Origin: Phoronis australis
Taxonomy: Eukaryota; Animalia; Phoronida
Length of the DNA stretch: 64,000 nt
Assembly (NCBI GenBank): GCA_002633005.1
Contig: NMRA01000109.1
Location: forward strand, 842,624 to 906,623
Direction: 5' to 3'
Of the stretch, positions 42,208-53,779 are shown in pieces. How positions within the stretch are numbered: position 1 is the stretch's first letter; every line of letters begins with the position of its first letter. The notes below the pieces were generated by a model. That model did no database searches. It was given only the letters and a program-made list of their open reading frames with translations, and had not been told where the DNA came from. The position numbers and the translations under genes are program-made.

Positions 42208-42844
42208 TTGCTACCAGAGCGCCATCTTGCATCAGATTTTACCCAAAAACGATAGCCCTCTAACATTTCACGAGATACATCGTGTGTAAATTTCATGTAG
42301 AATGGACGAAACATGTGACCTAAAGCATGGTACAACAGACCCAACAAAAAGCAATAAGGAATCAGTAAATAAAAGAAGTCCAACAACTCGATAACAACAA
42401 GTCAGAGCAGAGAACAGATTGCGCGATGTAGATATCGTTTGAAGAGATTTATTCAAATTTCTGCAGGATCCATCACGGGATTCTGGAGATGCGACATGAG
42501 AAATCAATCAATGAATAATGTCACTGTAAAAACTTGAATAACTCGAGAAAGAAAAGTTGACACAAGGAAGAGATAGCCCTCGACGAGATATGTTCACATA
42601 AAATTTCAACAGCCTACTTAAAGGACAGCAGAGCTCTAGCGAAAGGTCGGAAATTGGCAGTCACAACACAATCTTTGGACCAATTTCGCCACAAAACATT
42701 GGGCCTCGAGCTTTCAATTAGATACACATTGTGTGTCAATTCCATGTTGATTGGACACAAAATGTGACTTGTAAGTTGCGTACATAAAACAAACTACACG
42801 AAAAAACATCATTTTGCTATTAATAACCATGACAACAACCTCAC

Positions 42845-42986
42845 CTGTATCTGCTTGAGAATATTGATGACCCGGTTCATTGTATCACCATCTTTTTCAA
42901 ATGCTTCTTTAGTCAGTGGTTCAGTGAATATCCTCACGAAAGCGGGTATGTTGGACATCATCTCTTTTAGCACTACAGGGTTATTG
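42845..42986 (-). CDS. IPO5: Importin-5 penultimate coding exon (NNPVVLKEMMSNIPAFVRIFTEPLTKEAFEKDGDTMNRVINILKQIQ)
   Basis: Manual translation; gacag/GTGAGG; 142 nt, phase 2 to 0 fits. Confidence 0.85.
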
Positions 42987-43807
42987 CTGTCAAGAGAGGC
43001 AGTGTTATGTATTCCATAAAGCCAAATGTATGGTGGTATATTTCACCAATAAGAGAATCTCAACACGGAGCTTACAGCGCACACCAAAAAATCTGACAAA
43101 ATACCATTTCCTTGTTAATGACAGTTAATATGTTTACAGCAAAAATCACTAAAAAACTCAGGCAAAATCCTTAAAACAGAATAATATTTCTAAAGTGCCA
43201 ATTTTCTGGTAAATGTCTGGACATTTCTGTATGACGATGACTTCCACTTAGACCTGCCATCACGATGGGGAATTCCACGTCATTTTGTCCCATTATTTTG
43301 GCATGTACTGAATGTCCTTTAAAACTTAGGTACTCCAGTAAGACAGAGATGCCCCTCTCCGTTCACTGTATTGGCATGTGAAAATGATGTAATGTTCACC
43401 AATCACTGCGTGACGTGGTCATTGATTGGTTGAAGCTATCATGTGATTGGCTGATACTGAGTTCCACTATACATCTTGTCAAGGGGTGTGATTGGCTGGA
43501 GATTTTCAAACTTAAAGGAGCCCCTACCAAGATAGACCCGCTAACAATATTGTTTAGGAAACGAAGTAGGATGAAGTCCCTATGTAGAAAGCTTCAGGAT
43601 CGTTTTGTCAGGCAAAGGAGGCATGTGTGGAGAATATGGACAAAATGTCAATAGTTGGGCTCTTCAAAAATTGATTGGAGTTCACGAAAAAATCTGATCC
43701 ACGATTATTATGCGAGAATGCACGCATTTGGTATAATTTGAATTTTAGCCACCTCATTCAGAAACTATGGTCGAATAAGTTTCAGAGATAACTGCAGTTG
43801 AACCCAC

Positions 43808-44036
43808 CTCTCCACCTGATCACACAGGTATCCATATATGTGCTCAGCCTCGTCCTTGTCCTCCCAAGTCGGCAGCCATTTCAGCCAATGGGCGAGCACC
43901 TCATCAACTGTGACTGACTGCGGGGCGTACTTGAGGATCTTTGCGACGGCAGATATTGCGTTTTCCGTTGGCGAGACATTCTCAACAGATCTAGAGTCAG
44001 GATGGTCGACTGCCGCAATCAAACGCGGCAATGCTT
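43808..44036 (-). CDS. IPO5: Importin-5 exon (ALPRLIAAVDHPDSRSVENVSPTENAISAVAKILKY...WLPTWEDKDEAEHIYGYLCDQVE)
   Basis: TEN.ISAV.KI and WL.WLP..EDK.EA motifs; AG/GT; 229 nt. Confidence 0.95.
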
Positions 44037-44662
44037 CTGCAATAGCAGGGAAAGTGAAGCGAATCAATTAAATCGCTATTAACAAAGTTCTGACCAGGTG
44101 TCAAAAACAACTATCATCACAAGAGTAATTGCTCTATCAAAGTTAAGTTATCTTGTCATTCTGCGCTTGAATTGAAATTGGATGCAAAAAAATGCCTGAA
44201 ATTGCCCAGACAGTCATACTGCTTCGGCAGCTGAAAGTAACCCATCGTGAGAACGAAACTTCACGAACATGGTCTGACTAAGTTTCAGTTCTTCTGAAGT
44301 CCAAAAATGATTTCTAAACTGAACGAAAACAAGGTGAGGCCAGTTCTATAATGCTTAAAGGACAAGTGTACCTATAATGCTAAGTGGACAAGTGGTTCTT
44401 TAATGCTAAGTGGTCTGATTAAGTTATCAGAAAAATTGCTTTACCGAGTAAACTTTCGCATTTCGTGCAATGTCATTGGTTAAGTTTTGAGTGGAGCTTA
44501 GTGGTCAGGTGCCAAGAATTCAATGTATTCAAAAACATTTAAGTAGTTTACATACGTTAATATGATATTACTACATGAGTTACAGATTTTTGAAGTATAA
44601 GGTGTTATAATTATCACACAATCATTTACAATAAATCACTTATCATGGTGCCATACACGCAC

Positions 44663-44807
44663 CAGCGAAAACTCCATGGTAACCCTCTCCACCATTCATG
44701 GCCGCCACGCCAATACCATAGGAGGCCGCCTGTCGCACCTCACCGTGAGGGTCTGACAGGCACTTGACGAGTGTTTGAAGGAAATATTCCTGGTACTTCA
44801 ATGACGT
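44663..44807 (-). CDS. IPO5: Importin-5 exon (TSLKYQEYFLQTLVKCLSDPHGEVRQAASYGIGVAAMNGGEGYHGVFA)
   Basis: EVRQAA.YG.GV.A motif; ttccag/GTGCGT; 145 nt. Confidence 0.93.
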
Positions 44808-45055
44808 CTGGAAAAAGCCAAACAAAAAGGAGGGCAAAAACTTTAATAATGTGATCGTGGGAAACTTAATTGTGACTAAGGGAGAAATTTTGACTCCCTT
44901 ATAGGTGTTTTCTGATGGTTCGCAGTGCAGTGAACTAGTAATCTAGGGGCAACGAAAGCCATTGTGAAAGATTTCGGAAAAAAGGATGAATTGCATTTGA
45001 CCTACAATTTCACAAATTGTAGCCAACTTATCAATCACTTCATATATACACTTAA

Positions 45056-45442
45056 AGCCTAACTTCAACGGAATTTTATTTTAGATGTATTGGGGTAAAC
45101 AGATAGTCCTTGCAAAGTCTTAGTAAAATAAGAAAACCCGAGTTCAATCGCGCAAATGTGAGCCCGTCAAATGACAAGTGTCACCGCGAGATCCCAGCAC
45201 AAGCAACACAAGGCTGATAACAGTTGTATTGAATGGGGGTCTGAATAGAACACCACTGCGTGCACGTGTAATTCGCAGCTGTTTAAATTAAAAGGTGATT
45301 CTCGCGGTGACGTAGATAAAAGCAAATCAATACGCCTAACAGCTCGTTACATTTGGCAATTTATGGAACTAGTGGAATCAGAGCAATTCTCTTAACATAC
45401 TGTAGGAACTAAATTTACAGGTGTTACCGTTCAAGATAGGCT
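45056..45442. mobile_element. Kolobok-type MITE
   Basis: TTAA TSD on both sides; TIR AGCCTAACTTCAACGG vs AGCCTATCTTGAACGG. Confidence 0.75.
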
Positions 45443-45628
45443 TTAAAGCACTATTACCAACGAAAGTCATAAATTGCAAAAATGAAAATGACAACTTCTT
45501 GAATCTAATACAAATTTCTTTGAACTTTGAACCGAGAGTTTAAAAGCGGGTCCTCTTCAACAAAAATCTACGCAACAACAACCACGGTATCAAGGAGGAC
45601 AACCAATGTCCTCAAGTTATCAACGTAC

Positions 45629-45703
45629 CTTCCCAGTGTGTTCAATCACATCATCCCAGATACACAGACCCCATTGTCGGTCTGGCCATGGACGGTCTTC
45701 ACC
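45629..45703 (-). CDS. IPO5: Importin-5 exon ([25 protein letters not shown])
   Basis: [18 protein letters not shown] motif; CAG/GTACGT; 75 nt. Confidence 0.93.
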
Positions 45704-46455
45704 CTGCCAGGGAAAACAGGATCAAGTGCTGACAATGTCTTAAAGTCCATTAACTCAAATTGACCGTGAACAAGCCAATGATACAAACAATGAGATTCTA
45801 TATTTACTAAAGTTGAGAGCTTATGTAGGAGCATAGAAAAATGTACAAATATGGCTGACTTTGGAACATTATATTTCAGAAATATCTGTTTGGATTCATA
45901 TGAAACTTTCAGGTGCCATGCCTTATACATTATTCTCCAAAACAGTGTTAAGAATGTGGGCTATCAAAAATAGGACCTCTTTGATTCACGAAAAAATTGA
46001 TTGCACAAAAATAACGAAATGATAATTTAGAAAACTTTACAGCACTTTTGAGAACTCATCTTGACGTTTACATTCAATAAAATTTGATCATGCTATTGAT
46101 ACTATTGTTATTACAATAATGTACCTTTCGTTTTTTGCTCAATTTTACTTAAAAGACAGTCGCATGATTCAATTACTGGCAGATCGTTAAAATGTGAAAA
46201 ATCAAATTCTTCAGACTTTTTGCTTTAGAGGTATAATCTATAGTTTAGTAGATATTTGGCTAAATAGGCAGACATGGAAATAAGCTCTTACAAAGCCTCA
46301 AGACAGCCGCCTGACAAAGCAATTTCACGCTAAATACACAGGCAAAAATTGCTTTACACATGTACTCCCTGAAACACTCCCAAAAAATTCCATGGCATTT
46401 CTGACCACTCCTGTATAACTTCTAATGTTGTACTTTGTTCAGATTGCTCACTTAC

Positions 46456-46578
46456 TAATAACTTGACAAAATGCGGCAAGAGTGAGTCAAAGAAGGGCAG
46501 AATGGCTTCCTTGTGTGTCCCCAGTAGAGCGTGCATGATGTCTGATAATTTACTCAATATGTATACATCTTCGTCATC
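46456..46578 (-). CDS. IPO5: Importin-5 exon (DDEDVYILSKLSDIMHALLGTHKEAILPFFDSLLPHFVKLL)
   Basis: DVYIL.K.SDI.H motif; tttag/GTAAGT; 123 nt. Confidence 0.93.
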
Positions 46579-47031
46579 CTAAAATGAAGTCACAATACAC
46601 AAAAATCAATGCATGCAGACGAATGACTTAGCAGACCATTACGCAATACAGAAGAGGACCTTTACAGACACAATGCGTTTCACCATACACGGCAACACAA
46701 TAGCAGGCTATATTTGGTATCTCAACATACACAACAGCACAATAACATGCTACACTTGACATTTGAAAAAGGCAAGAGGAGTCAGCCAGAGATACAGCAC
46801 AAGACAAAAGTAATCAGACAAAAAACCGTTTTCCCGTCATGACTACTAATTCTGTTCACAGCAAAAATGATTTGTAATAACTATTAGGGTGGTGAAATTC
46901 TAATTACAGAATGGCTTAGCCACATTACAAATTTTCCTGTTAATTCCCTTTCATTCTCGGTCATGACAGAACACTGACCAGGAATTCGGCTCCTGCCCAG
47001 CCTTCACAGTGGGGAATCCAGATCATTTTAT

Positions 47032-47136
47032 CTGTCACATAAGTATTCAATACTTCTGGCTTTTACCTGTCACATAAGTATTCAATACTTCTGGCTTTTA
47101 CCTGTCACATAAGTATTCAATACTTCTGGCTTTTAC
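47032..47136 (+). repeat. 35-bp tandem repeat x3
   Basis: CTGTCACATAAGTATTCAATACTTCTGGCTTTTAC perfect copies. Confidence 0.95.
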
Positions 47137-47278
47137 TGCACCATCCGTAACTACTTTCAACTTTACATGTTCCATTCACTGTACATCCATCGTCCATAAA
47201 AAATGGAATTTCTCCAAGAGGTAATACAAATCTGATCATGCCCCAATACATAAAATTTCCAATAACTAATAACCTTAC

Positions 47279-47334
47279 TTCATCTAAGAGACCTTCTTCA
47301 ACCACGTCATCATAATCTTCATCTTTTCTTTGCT
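47279..47334 (-). CDS. IPO5: Importin-5 small acidic exon (EQRKDEDYDDVVEEGLLDE)
   Basis: R.DEDYD..VEE.L.DE motif; ttttag/GTAAGG; 56 nt, phase fits. Confidence 0.9.
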
Positions 47335-47848
47335 CTAAAAAGAGAAGAAAAAGAAACCAAACTCAAAATTTACTACATGGAAAGAACCATATATATATAG
47401 TCATCATTTAGAAAGACATTCCTGCATTCTACAGCTTACCATACCTCGAAATTGAATTCCCCCAAAAAAACCGAACGAAAATATTTGGTTTTAATTTTGA
47501 CCTCACTAGGAATGGTGACAGGAACGTGGTATATAGTGTCCTGCGGGTTCACCATCAAAACTTGGTCACTAGACAAATTTGGAAATCTAAGTACTCATGT
47601 CCTCATTTGGAATCTAATTGTTTATCGCATTTGAAATAGGCATGGAACGATTAACTGTTGTCCATTTTCTGTGACCTGATTAACTTATCAGAGTTAATTT
47701 GTGAATCAGCTTGTATCATACTAATTCATACTACTTTCTTCAAATTTCAACACAAGCCATTTTGGTATCAGGCTTTCTGAATCACTTCCTATTCTTCACC
47801 ATGAAAGATTCCAATCACACATACCCACGTCAACATGACATTACCCAC

Positions 47849-47960
47849 CTTGTCGTGCAGTCTGCCTATCAAAGTGTTCCTGCATTGTCTTGTCCAGTAA
47901 CTGACCCAGCTCCATCAACTGTTGTTCACTTAAGCAGCCCACACCAAGTTTCTCAATACA
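47849..47960 (-). CDS. IPO5: Importin-5 exon (CIEKLGVGCLSEQQLMELGQLLDKTMQEHFDRQTARQ)
   Basis: Manual translation; CIE..G.GCL motif; ttgcag/GTGGGT; 112 nt. Confidence 0.92.
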
Positions 47961-48463
47961 CTGCAATAAGAAGGTGATAGTCCTGGTCATGTGTGAATGC
48001 ACATCCTAGACTAGCAACTACTGTGACAATTATGTTGGGAAGTTTATGTATTTCCATTAACCTCTTTACAGATAGATAGCCTGAGATTTCATCTACACAA
48101 AGGATTGTTGGATAGCGGTCATCTAAAGCAGCCTCATTGATAGATGTGCATAAACGGTCTTCAGAAATCACTTCGTTTTAATTCGCATTTCAAACAGCAA
48201 AAAGTTCAATTTACCATGCAAATAAACAGATAGAATGTAATACCTAAAATCAACTACCAGCTTACGAGCAAGACGATTGTCTGCACAAGTCTTTCTGAAT
48301 TTTGGATTAGGTGACTTGTTTCCCAAAAATCTCTTCTCTAGGATGTGCCCAAATCGACTTTCGCTATCCAAAAGCCAACGGTGATCCATTTTTTGTATTG
48401 AATTTGTATTTGCTAAAACAAATTTGCAGTAAAACACAAACATGACTAGTTTTCCTAAATTAC

Positions 48464-48636
48464 CTGAGAAAACGACTCAAAATGTGCAGCTTTAGCTAAG
48501 TGATCGGGTTCCGTGGCCATCGCTCTCAATAGCTGCGGACAAATATACGCCCAGACATCATGGACAAACAACTGTCCCAGAATCTGACTACAGCCTATGA
48601 GATGGGGCATGATCTCTGAGGCTGCCACTCGAACAT
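48464..48636 (-). CDS. IPO5: Importin-5 duplicated exon, variant B (DVRVAASEIMPHLIGCSQILGQLFVHDVWAYICPQLLRAMATEPDHLAKAAHFESFSQ); candidate mutually exclusive exon
   Basis: Same 173-nt length and phase as variant A; 29/58 aa identical with no indels or stops; U12-like branch TTCTTAAC (48653-48646) then AA; CAG|GTAATT donor. Confidence 0.8.
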
Positions 48637-50047
48637 TTGGGCAATGTTAAGAAGAAAAAATTAAACTATAAAATTGGTTGAGTTATCTATCGGTGGTAAC
48701 AGAATCGTACAGTTAAAGTCTCATCCGATTTCTATCAAGGTTTTCATCATAACTTTGATAAAGTCAGACGAATTTCGACGATGATCTTCAACTTTTTTGA
48801 AAACAACTGCAGCATGTATGGCAGTAGAGTGGATTGCAAAAACAACCACTGAATGAAACTAAAAAATACACATGCATGTTTGTTCTTGAGAGGGTAAAGT
48901 TACACAGCTTAAGACCCATCCACACTCAGCTGACAGAAAGCAGGTTTAGATACAAAGAAAGCTTGTATGATGGCAGACTCTCAGAAAGCAATGGGAGCTC
49001 ATCACGCGGGACCGGTGACTTTATCGCCACCTGGCTGCACCGAGAGGTACTGCTTCTTCGCAGCGGGTGACATGGGGGTACATATTCGTGAAATGACCAG
49101 TAAATCTGATTAGATGCAAGGTGCTTTAAAAAACAGCGAAACTGCCTTCTCATCCTCAAGAAGCCATTGTTAGCTGCTCCCACGTGATCAGCTGCCAAGC
49201 TGCTACTTGAAGGTTTCCCATAGTGATTATTAGTCATGCATGAAATGTGTGGAATACTTTGCCATCACGACACCAGTTCCATGAGAACCAGAGTCCCATC
49301 TATAATCTCCACACTTGAACTACACAATGGTTAACGTTCTAAGCCGAGTTTGGGCTTGGTAGTGGTTAAGTGTTAGAGTCAAAATATTCTGTCATCAGTG
49401 AGGGTTTGAACTAAGCAGAAAACTTTAGTTTTTATTGGATATGAAATTAATTTTGAAATTCATGTTTTTTTACACCTGGACTCAAAATGTGAATTTTCAT
49501 ACGTATCTCTAACACAGGTGCCAATTTAAAGTCTCTTTTTTTGTTTCACACATCAGTCGAGAACTGATTGTGAAATATCTTACTAAACGGAATGACCAAA
49601 TAAATGCTATTGGTCTCAATAAGAATGTACAAACTTTGAAGTCTTTATCTCATAAAACGTAGGAACTGTAGCAATTTAAAATTTTCAAAAGCGATTTCAA
49701 ATGCTGCAAGCCACTGGCGACAAATGAATGGAGTTAGAAAGTACTAGCTTGAAACATTTTAATGATTTTTTGTGTTCAAAGCCAACCAGGTGCATTGTAG
49801 GTAATAAAGAAATCATTGTAAAAGACCTAAATATCGTGTAACCATGGGTTACAAATTTCCAAGTTTCTAAAATTAGTAGTTTTGGGGTTATAGAGTTCTC
49901 TAAAAAGTCAGAAAAAATAATAGGAAAAGGATGAAAACCCTACAACAGTACTCTGTGCTGGAAGGCGCAATGTCAATTACACCATATTCAGGTTACATAA
50001 ACTGCATCAAGTGCAAGCCCAAAGAACCACACCTAGCCACAGCCTAC

Positions 50048-50220
50048 CTGACTAAGTGAGTGCATGTTCTCCGCCAGGATGTCTTTCTCCGGCTCCGTTT
50101 CGATAGCCTTGAGCAGGTTAGGACAGATGTAGTTCCACATATCCACCACAAACTGGTCGCCGTTGATACGCGCGCAGTCAATCAAGAAGGGCAAGCTCTC
50201 AGCAGCAGCCACTCGACACT
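50048..50220 (-). CDS. IPO5: Importin-5 exon, variant A (ECRVAAAESLPFLIDCARINGDQFVVDMWNYICPNLLKAIETEPEKDILAENMHSLSQ)
   Basis: RVAAAES.P...C and AI.TEP motifs; U12 acceptor, GTAGGC donor; 173 nt. Confidence 0.93.
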
Positions 50221-50351
50221 GTGCAGCGTGAGTTAAGGCAGAACATGCTAGGCAGGTGCGCGTGCCAGTGAAAAGGAGACATTAGCATACTTGCAACCCA
50301 TGACATGAGAAGCATCTGCTGATGATCCCTCAACTGTTCTGGTTTCTTTCG

Positions 50352-50563
50352 TTTTATGTTTACCAGTGAGTTACAACACCATACACAAGGCTGACAAATG
50401 TGTCCCACCATAGGATGAATTCATCATTACCCAAATTTTCCCATTTCTGTCAGACTTTTATGTTTACCAGTGAGTTACACCACCATACACAAGACTGACA
50501 AATGTATCCCACCATAGGATGAATTCATCATTACCCAAATTTTCCCATTTCTGTCAGACTTTT
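50352..50563 (+). repeat. ~104-bp tandem duplication inside the U12 intron
   Basis: Two near-identical copies starting at 50352 and 50456. Confidence 0.9.
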
Positions 50564-50751
50564 GACTGATTTTAACCAGTATAAATACGGAGCAAGCCAC
50601 AGTATGCTGGTCATGAAACTGGCCAACTGTTGAGAGGTCACAAATCTCATGTTTGGAATCTTCATATCCAAACATGTGTAACTGCAGTCACTGTTGCTGA
50701 AAAATGTTAATAGTAGGGACCAACTACTAACCAGCCCATAATACTTCAAAG

Positions 50752-50910
50752 ATCAACCAACATCCACGTCTGTATATAGAGATTAGCCACCACCCACGTG
50801 CATATATAGAGATTAAACACCACCCAAATGATTAGAGATTAACCACCACCCACGTCCATATATAGAAATTAACCACCACCCATTTCCACATAGATTTACC
50901 ACCACCCTCC
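50752..50910 (+). repeat. Degenerate ~30-bp minisatellite (accaccacccacgt..atatagagatta)
   Basis: About 5 imperfect copies. Confidence 0.75.
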
Positions 50911-51173
50911 TTCATATACAAAGAATAACAAACACATGTTTTGACTTCAATCTGAGCTCAAGATTATCAAACTTTACTTAAGACTTGACTTAGAAGTTAA
51001 CTATTTGCTTAGACTGGATACATTTCGAGTAAACTTCTCGAGTGAATTGTAGTGGCCTCAGACAGATTTCATCGTAGAGTTAGCTTCCAGTCTTCAATAA
51101 CTATGTAAACTAAAACATTTAGGCTGCACATATTCTACTGATGTGCGTGATCAGACATGCTGCGCAAGGATAT

Positions 51174-51330
51174 CATCGTTGAAGTAGAACTTGAGCAGCG
51201 GTACCATGATCTTTACCACCTGTCCTGCGTACTCAGCGAAGCCTTCCTTGAGCTCTCGGGCGTAGCAGACCAACATCTGGCAGGCAGTGGCCTTCTCCTC
51301 GAGGCCTGCTGTGCGGATGCCAAAACTTTG
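51174..51330 (-). CDS. IPO5: Importin-5 exon ([52 protein letters not shown]), ends at a U12 AT donor
   Basis: Manual translation; TAG acceptor; followed by ATATCCTT minor-spliceosome donor; 157 nt. Confidence 0.95.
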
Positions 51331-52001
51331 CTAGAACAACAAAAAAACAACAGTTAACAAAGCTAACTTAAGTTCGCAGAGCACAACGAATTATAGTTAC
51401 GAGTAGTCAAATTTGGCGCAAAAGGATATCGTCGGTTCTTTCACACATTACTCCCTGAGTTTTCAATTGGAATTAAAATTGTTGAGACAAATAGCAAACT
51501 TTAACTCGAAACAAACTGCACTGAGACTGAACAATGGAACATGGCGCTCTATTAGACGTTATTAGCCAGAAACATAATTTGAAACAGCATTACAGTATTG
51601 TAAAGTAACCAACATCAACTTCACCTGGAAAGCAGCCCGTCGCCAAAACTTAGGTTGGAAAAGCAAAGAATTTTTTAGAGAAAAAATAATCAACCGAAGG
51701 CAACATGAGGCACATTGTTTTGAAGATGCCAAAATTCTCGAAAATATGTATTTTTGACAGCCGAGCTCGTGTTCTTAACAGAAAATCTCAGACATGTTTG
51801 AACAAGGTTGTGCTCAAAACAACTAAAAAATTACCAGTTGAGATTCATTTTACTTTATACTACGAGACCTAAAAACCTCATCAACTGCTTCTGAGGACAC
51901 AATCCATCAAATTGAGATTTATTCTGGCTTGAAGTTGTCAAACCAAATAATTGACATATGAGCTTCAAATTCAAGAACACCTGACAACCCGATACATTTA
52001 A

Positions 52002-53653
52002 AGGAGATTGTCACCCCACTGAATCAAGTCTTTTTTACCGTCTTAATCGGTCTATATCCACATCGCCTCTTATACGGTCGACCTCACCTTGCCGAGAGGT
52101 GTAGCGTTAACCTAAGAGGAAGGTGAGAAACGACGCAGCGACGTCAGCGGTTCATTTGCAGAGTGCATGCCACTATATTACGGTTTATCATTCCCGCTTA
52201 TCCGAACTATGAAGATGCGAAGTAAGCGGGTATATCGTTTTTTCGACTTCCTCGAGAGCCCGAAATCCTTAGGAAGTGGCTCGCAGTAGTGAAGAATGAA
52301 ATTTACGCTATTAATAGCAAGCATGAGGCCGTGAAAAATCTCCGTTTCTGCGGCCGGCATTTCGTCCACAGTGATTTCTCTGACAAATTCCGGCTTACCA
52401 AAGAACTATCCATGCGTTCCGTTGCCTGTGCATGTTCACGGCGCCTCTCTAGTATTTCTTGATCAGTGTACTCCGGTTCGAACTGATAGCCTGTGAAACC
52501 TAACAATTCGACACGTGAAGCCTTCGTCAGATGAGCTCTCGACTAAGTCGGGATTGGTGCCGGGCGAGTTGCCTCGCAGATGTTTATTATTCCGCATTGT
52601 GTTTTAAAACGAATCATCCTCATCCTAACCAATGCTTTTATAAAACTGAAACAAAGTCTGTCTCATTAGATGCAATTTCGAAAGCCTTTGGAGTATTCGC
52701 GAGTGCAAATGTTTTGAGAAGACAGCAATGAATAAATAGCTGCGTTATCGGCTTAGTGCAGTAAAGGTAATTGACCAGGCATCGAGGCCGTGTGAGCCCA
52801 TGCTAATTCAGTGTTTGCCGACAGAAAGCTGTTGTGAAACAATAACTCGATTTCATATGCTATGGTCACATGTAAGGGGAATCTTTATTTAGAAATACAA
52901 ATACATTATTCAAATCATTGTTACTGCACAACCTTTGCCCTGATGGTTCTGTTGAAGGGGAACCTGACTTCGCGGCCCCTGACAAGTGAGTAGATTTTCA
53001 GTTTCGTGGCTAATTCACCTAAATAATTACGTGCACATTATTCATTTGGCTAACTGTTATAGTCTTTTTGTGACTGGAGGTTTAGTTTCCAACTTAAGCT
53101 GGTTTATGTTCGTGATTTCCACTCCCGGCGGCCACAACGGGCCTGATCGGGTTCTGAGACACTGGCGGGAGTAACAAGCGTTTTGTGTGTTTAGAACTGA
53201 AAAAATCGCAAGTCTTAACGTACAACACAAAGCTATGCTCCCCGTCTGTATTTCACAGAAGAATGATTCGAATTTATCACCAAACAGACCCAAACTCACG
53301 CGATCGACCATGGTAAATTGGCCTACCGAACTCTGCAGGCTACGGTACATTCAAATACCTATAAATCCGTAACAACATGTTTGTTCAAGAACTCGATGTA
53401 TTTGTAAGGGGTTTACATCGAATTTTGATGATGTACTGGTGTAAAACGATGAATTTAAGCGATAAGTTGACACCAGTAAGCGTGTTCTTAACGGCTGAAC
53501 AGACTGTGTTCGAACCGATTACGTCATTGTTTAATTTCAACACCTCCGTCTGCCGTTAGGTGTCAGGTAAAACAACTGAACTTGCTGTTATCAAGTGGAA
53601 CTACTTGATCTAAGTTGATACAAAATAGGTTGTTTTTTGGGTGGCATTCTCCT
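52002..53653. mobile_element. Internally deleted Kolobok DNA transposon with THAP and KolX remnants
   Basis: TTAA TSDs; TIR AGGAGATTGTCACCC / AGGAGAATGCCACCC; + strand 52226-52378 THAP-like GISFFRLP...RKWL...FCGRHF; - strand GYQFEPEYTD (KolX/P2X7-tail-like N-terminus). Confidence 0.85.
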
Positions 53654-53717
53654 TTAAACAGATGAATATTGCTAACGCCTAAGCTTGCAGGCAACACACC
53701 GAAAACCAATCACTTAC

Positions 53718-53779
53718 CTGGTCTCCGAGAGTAACAAACTGCCAGTCCTGGTCACCCTCAAGAGATTGCACCTTCTCAT
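53718..53779 (-). CDS. IPO5: Importin-5 small exon (EKVQSLEGDQDWQFVTLGDQ)
   Basis: W.FV.LGDQ motif; ttcag/GTAAGT; 62 nt, phase 1 to 0 fits neighbours. Confidence 0.9.

Larger units (their letters stand above)
50221..51173 (-). other. U12-type (minor spliceosome) AT-AC intron of IPO5
   Basis: 5'ss ATATCCTT (51173-51166); branch site CCTTAAC (50238-50232); terminal AC (50222-50221); this junction keeps the frame (FND-E-CRVAAAES), whereas the adjacent AG does not. Confidence 0.9.

Noticed and set aside
43838-44071. Plus-strand ORFs over IPO5 exons (also 51157-51357 and 57800-58216)
   Set aside because: Antisense shadows of real minus-strand exons
48168-48443. Extra IPO5 exon between exon B and the next exon
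   Set aside because: No importin similarity; splicing in phase hits a stop and needs a ~51-nt intron
49150-49225. Third copy of the alternative IPO5 exon (NLQVAAWQLI on minus strand)
   Set aside because: Only a few matching residues, early stop, no properly placed U12 branch site or donor
50456-50530. C/D box snoRNA (ATGATGA...CTGA on minus strand)
   Set aside because: Box pairing arises from the local tandem duplication; no terminal stem
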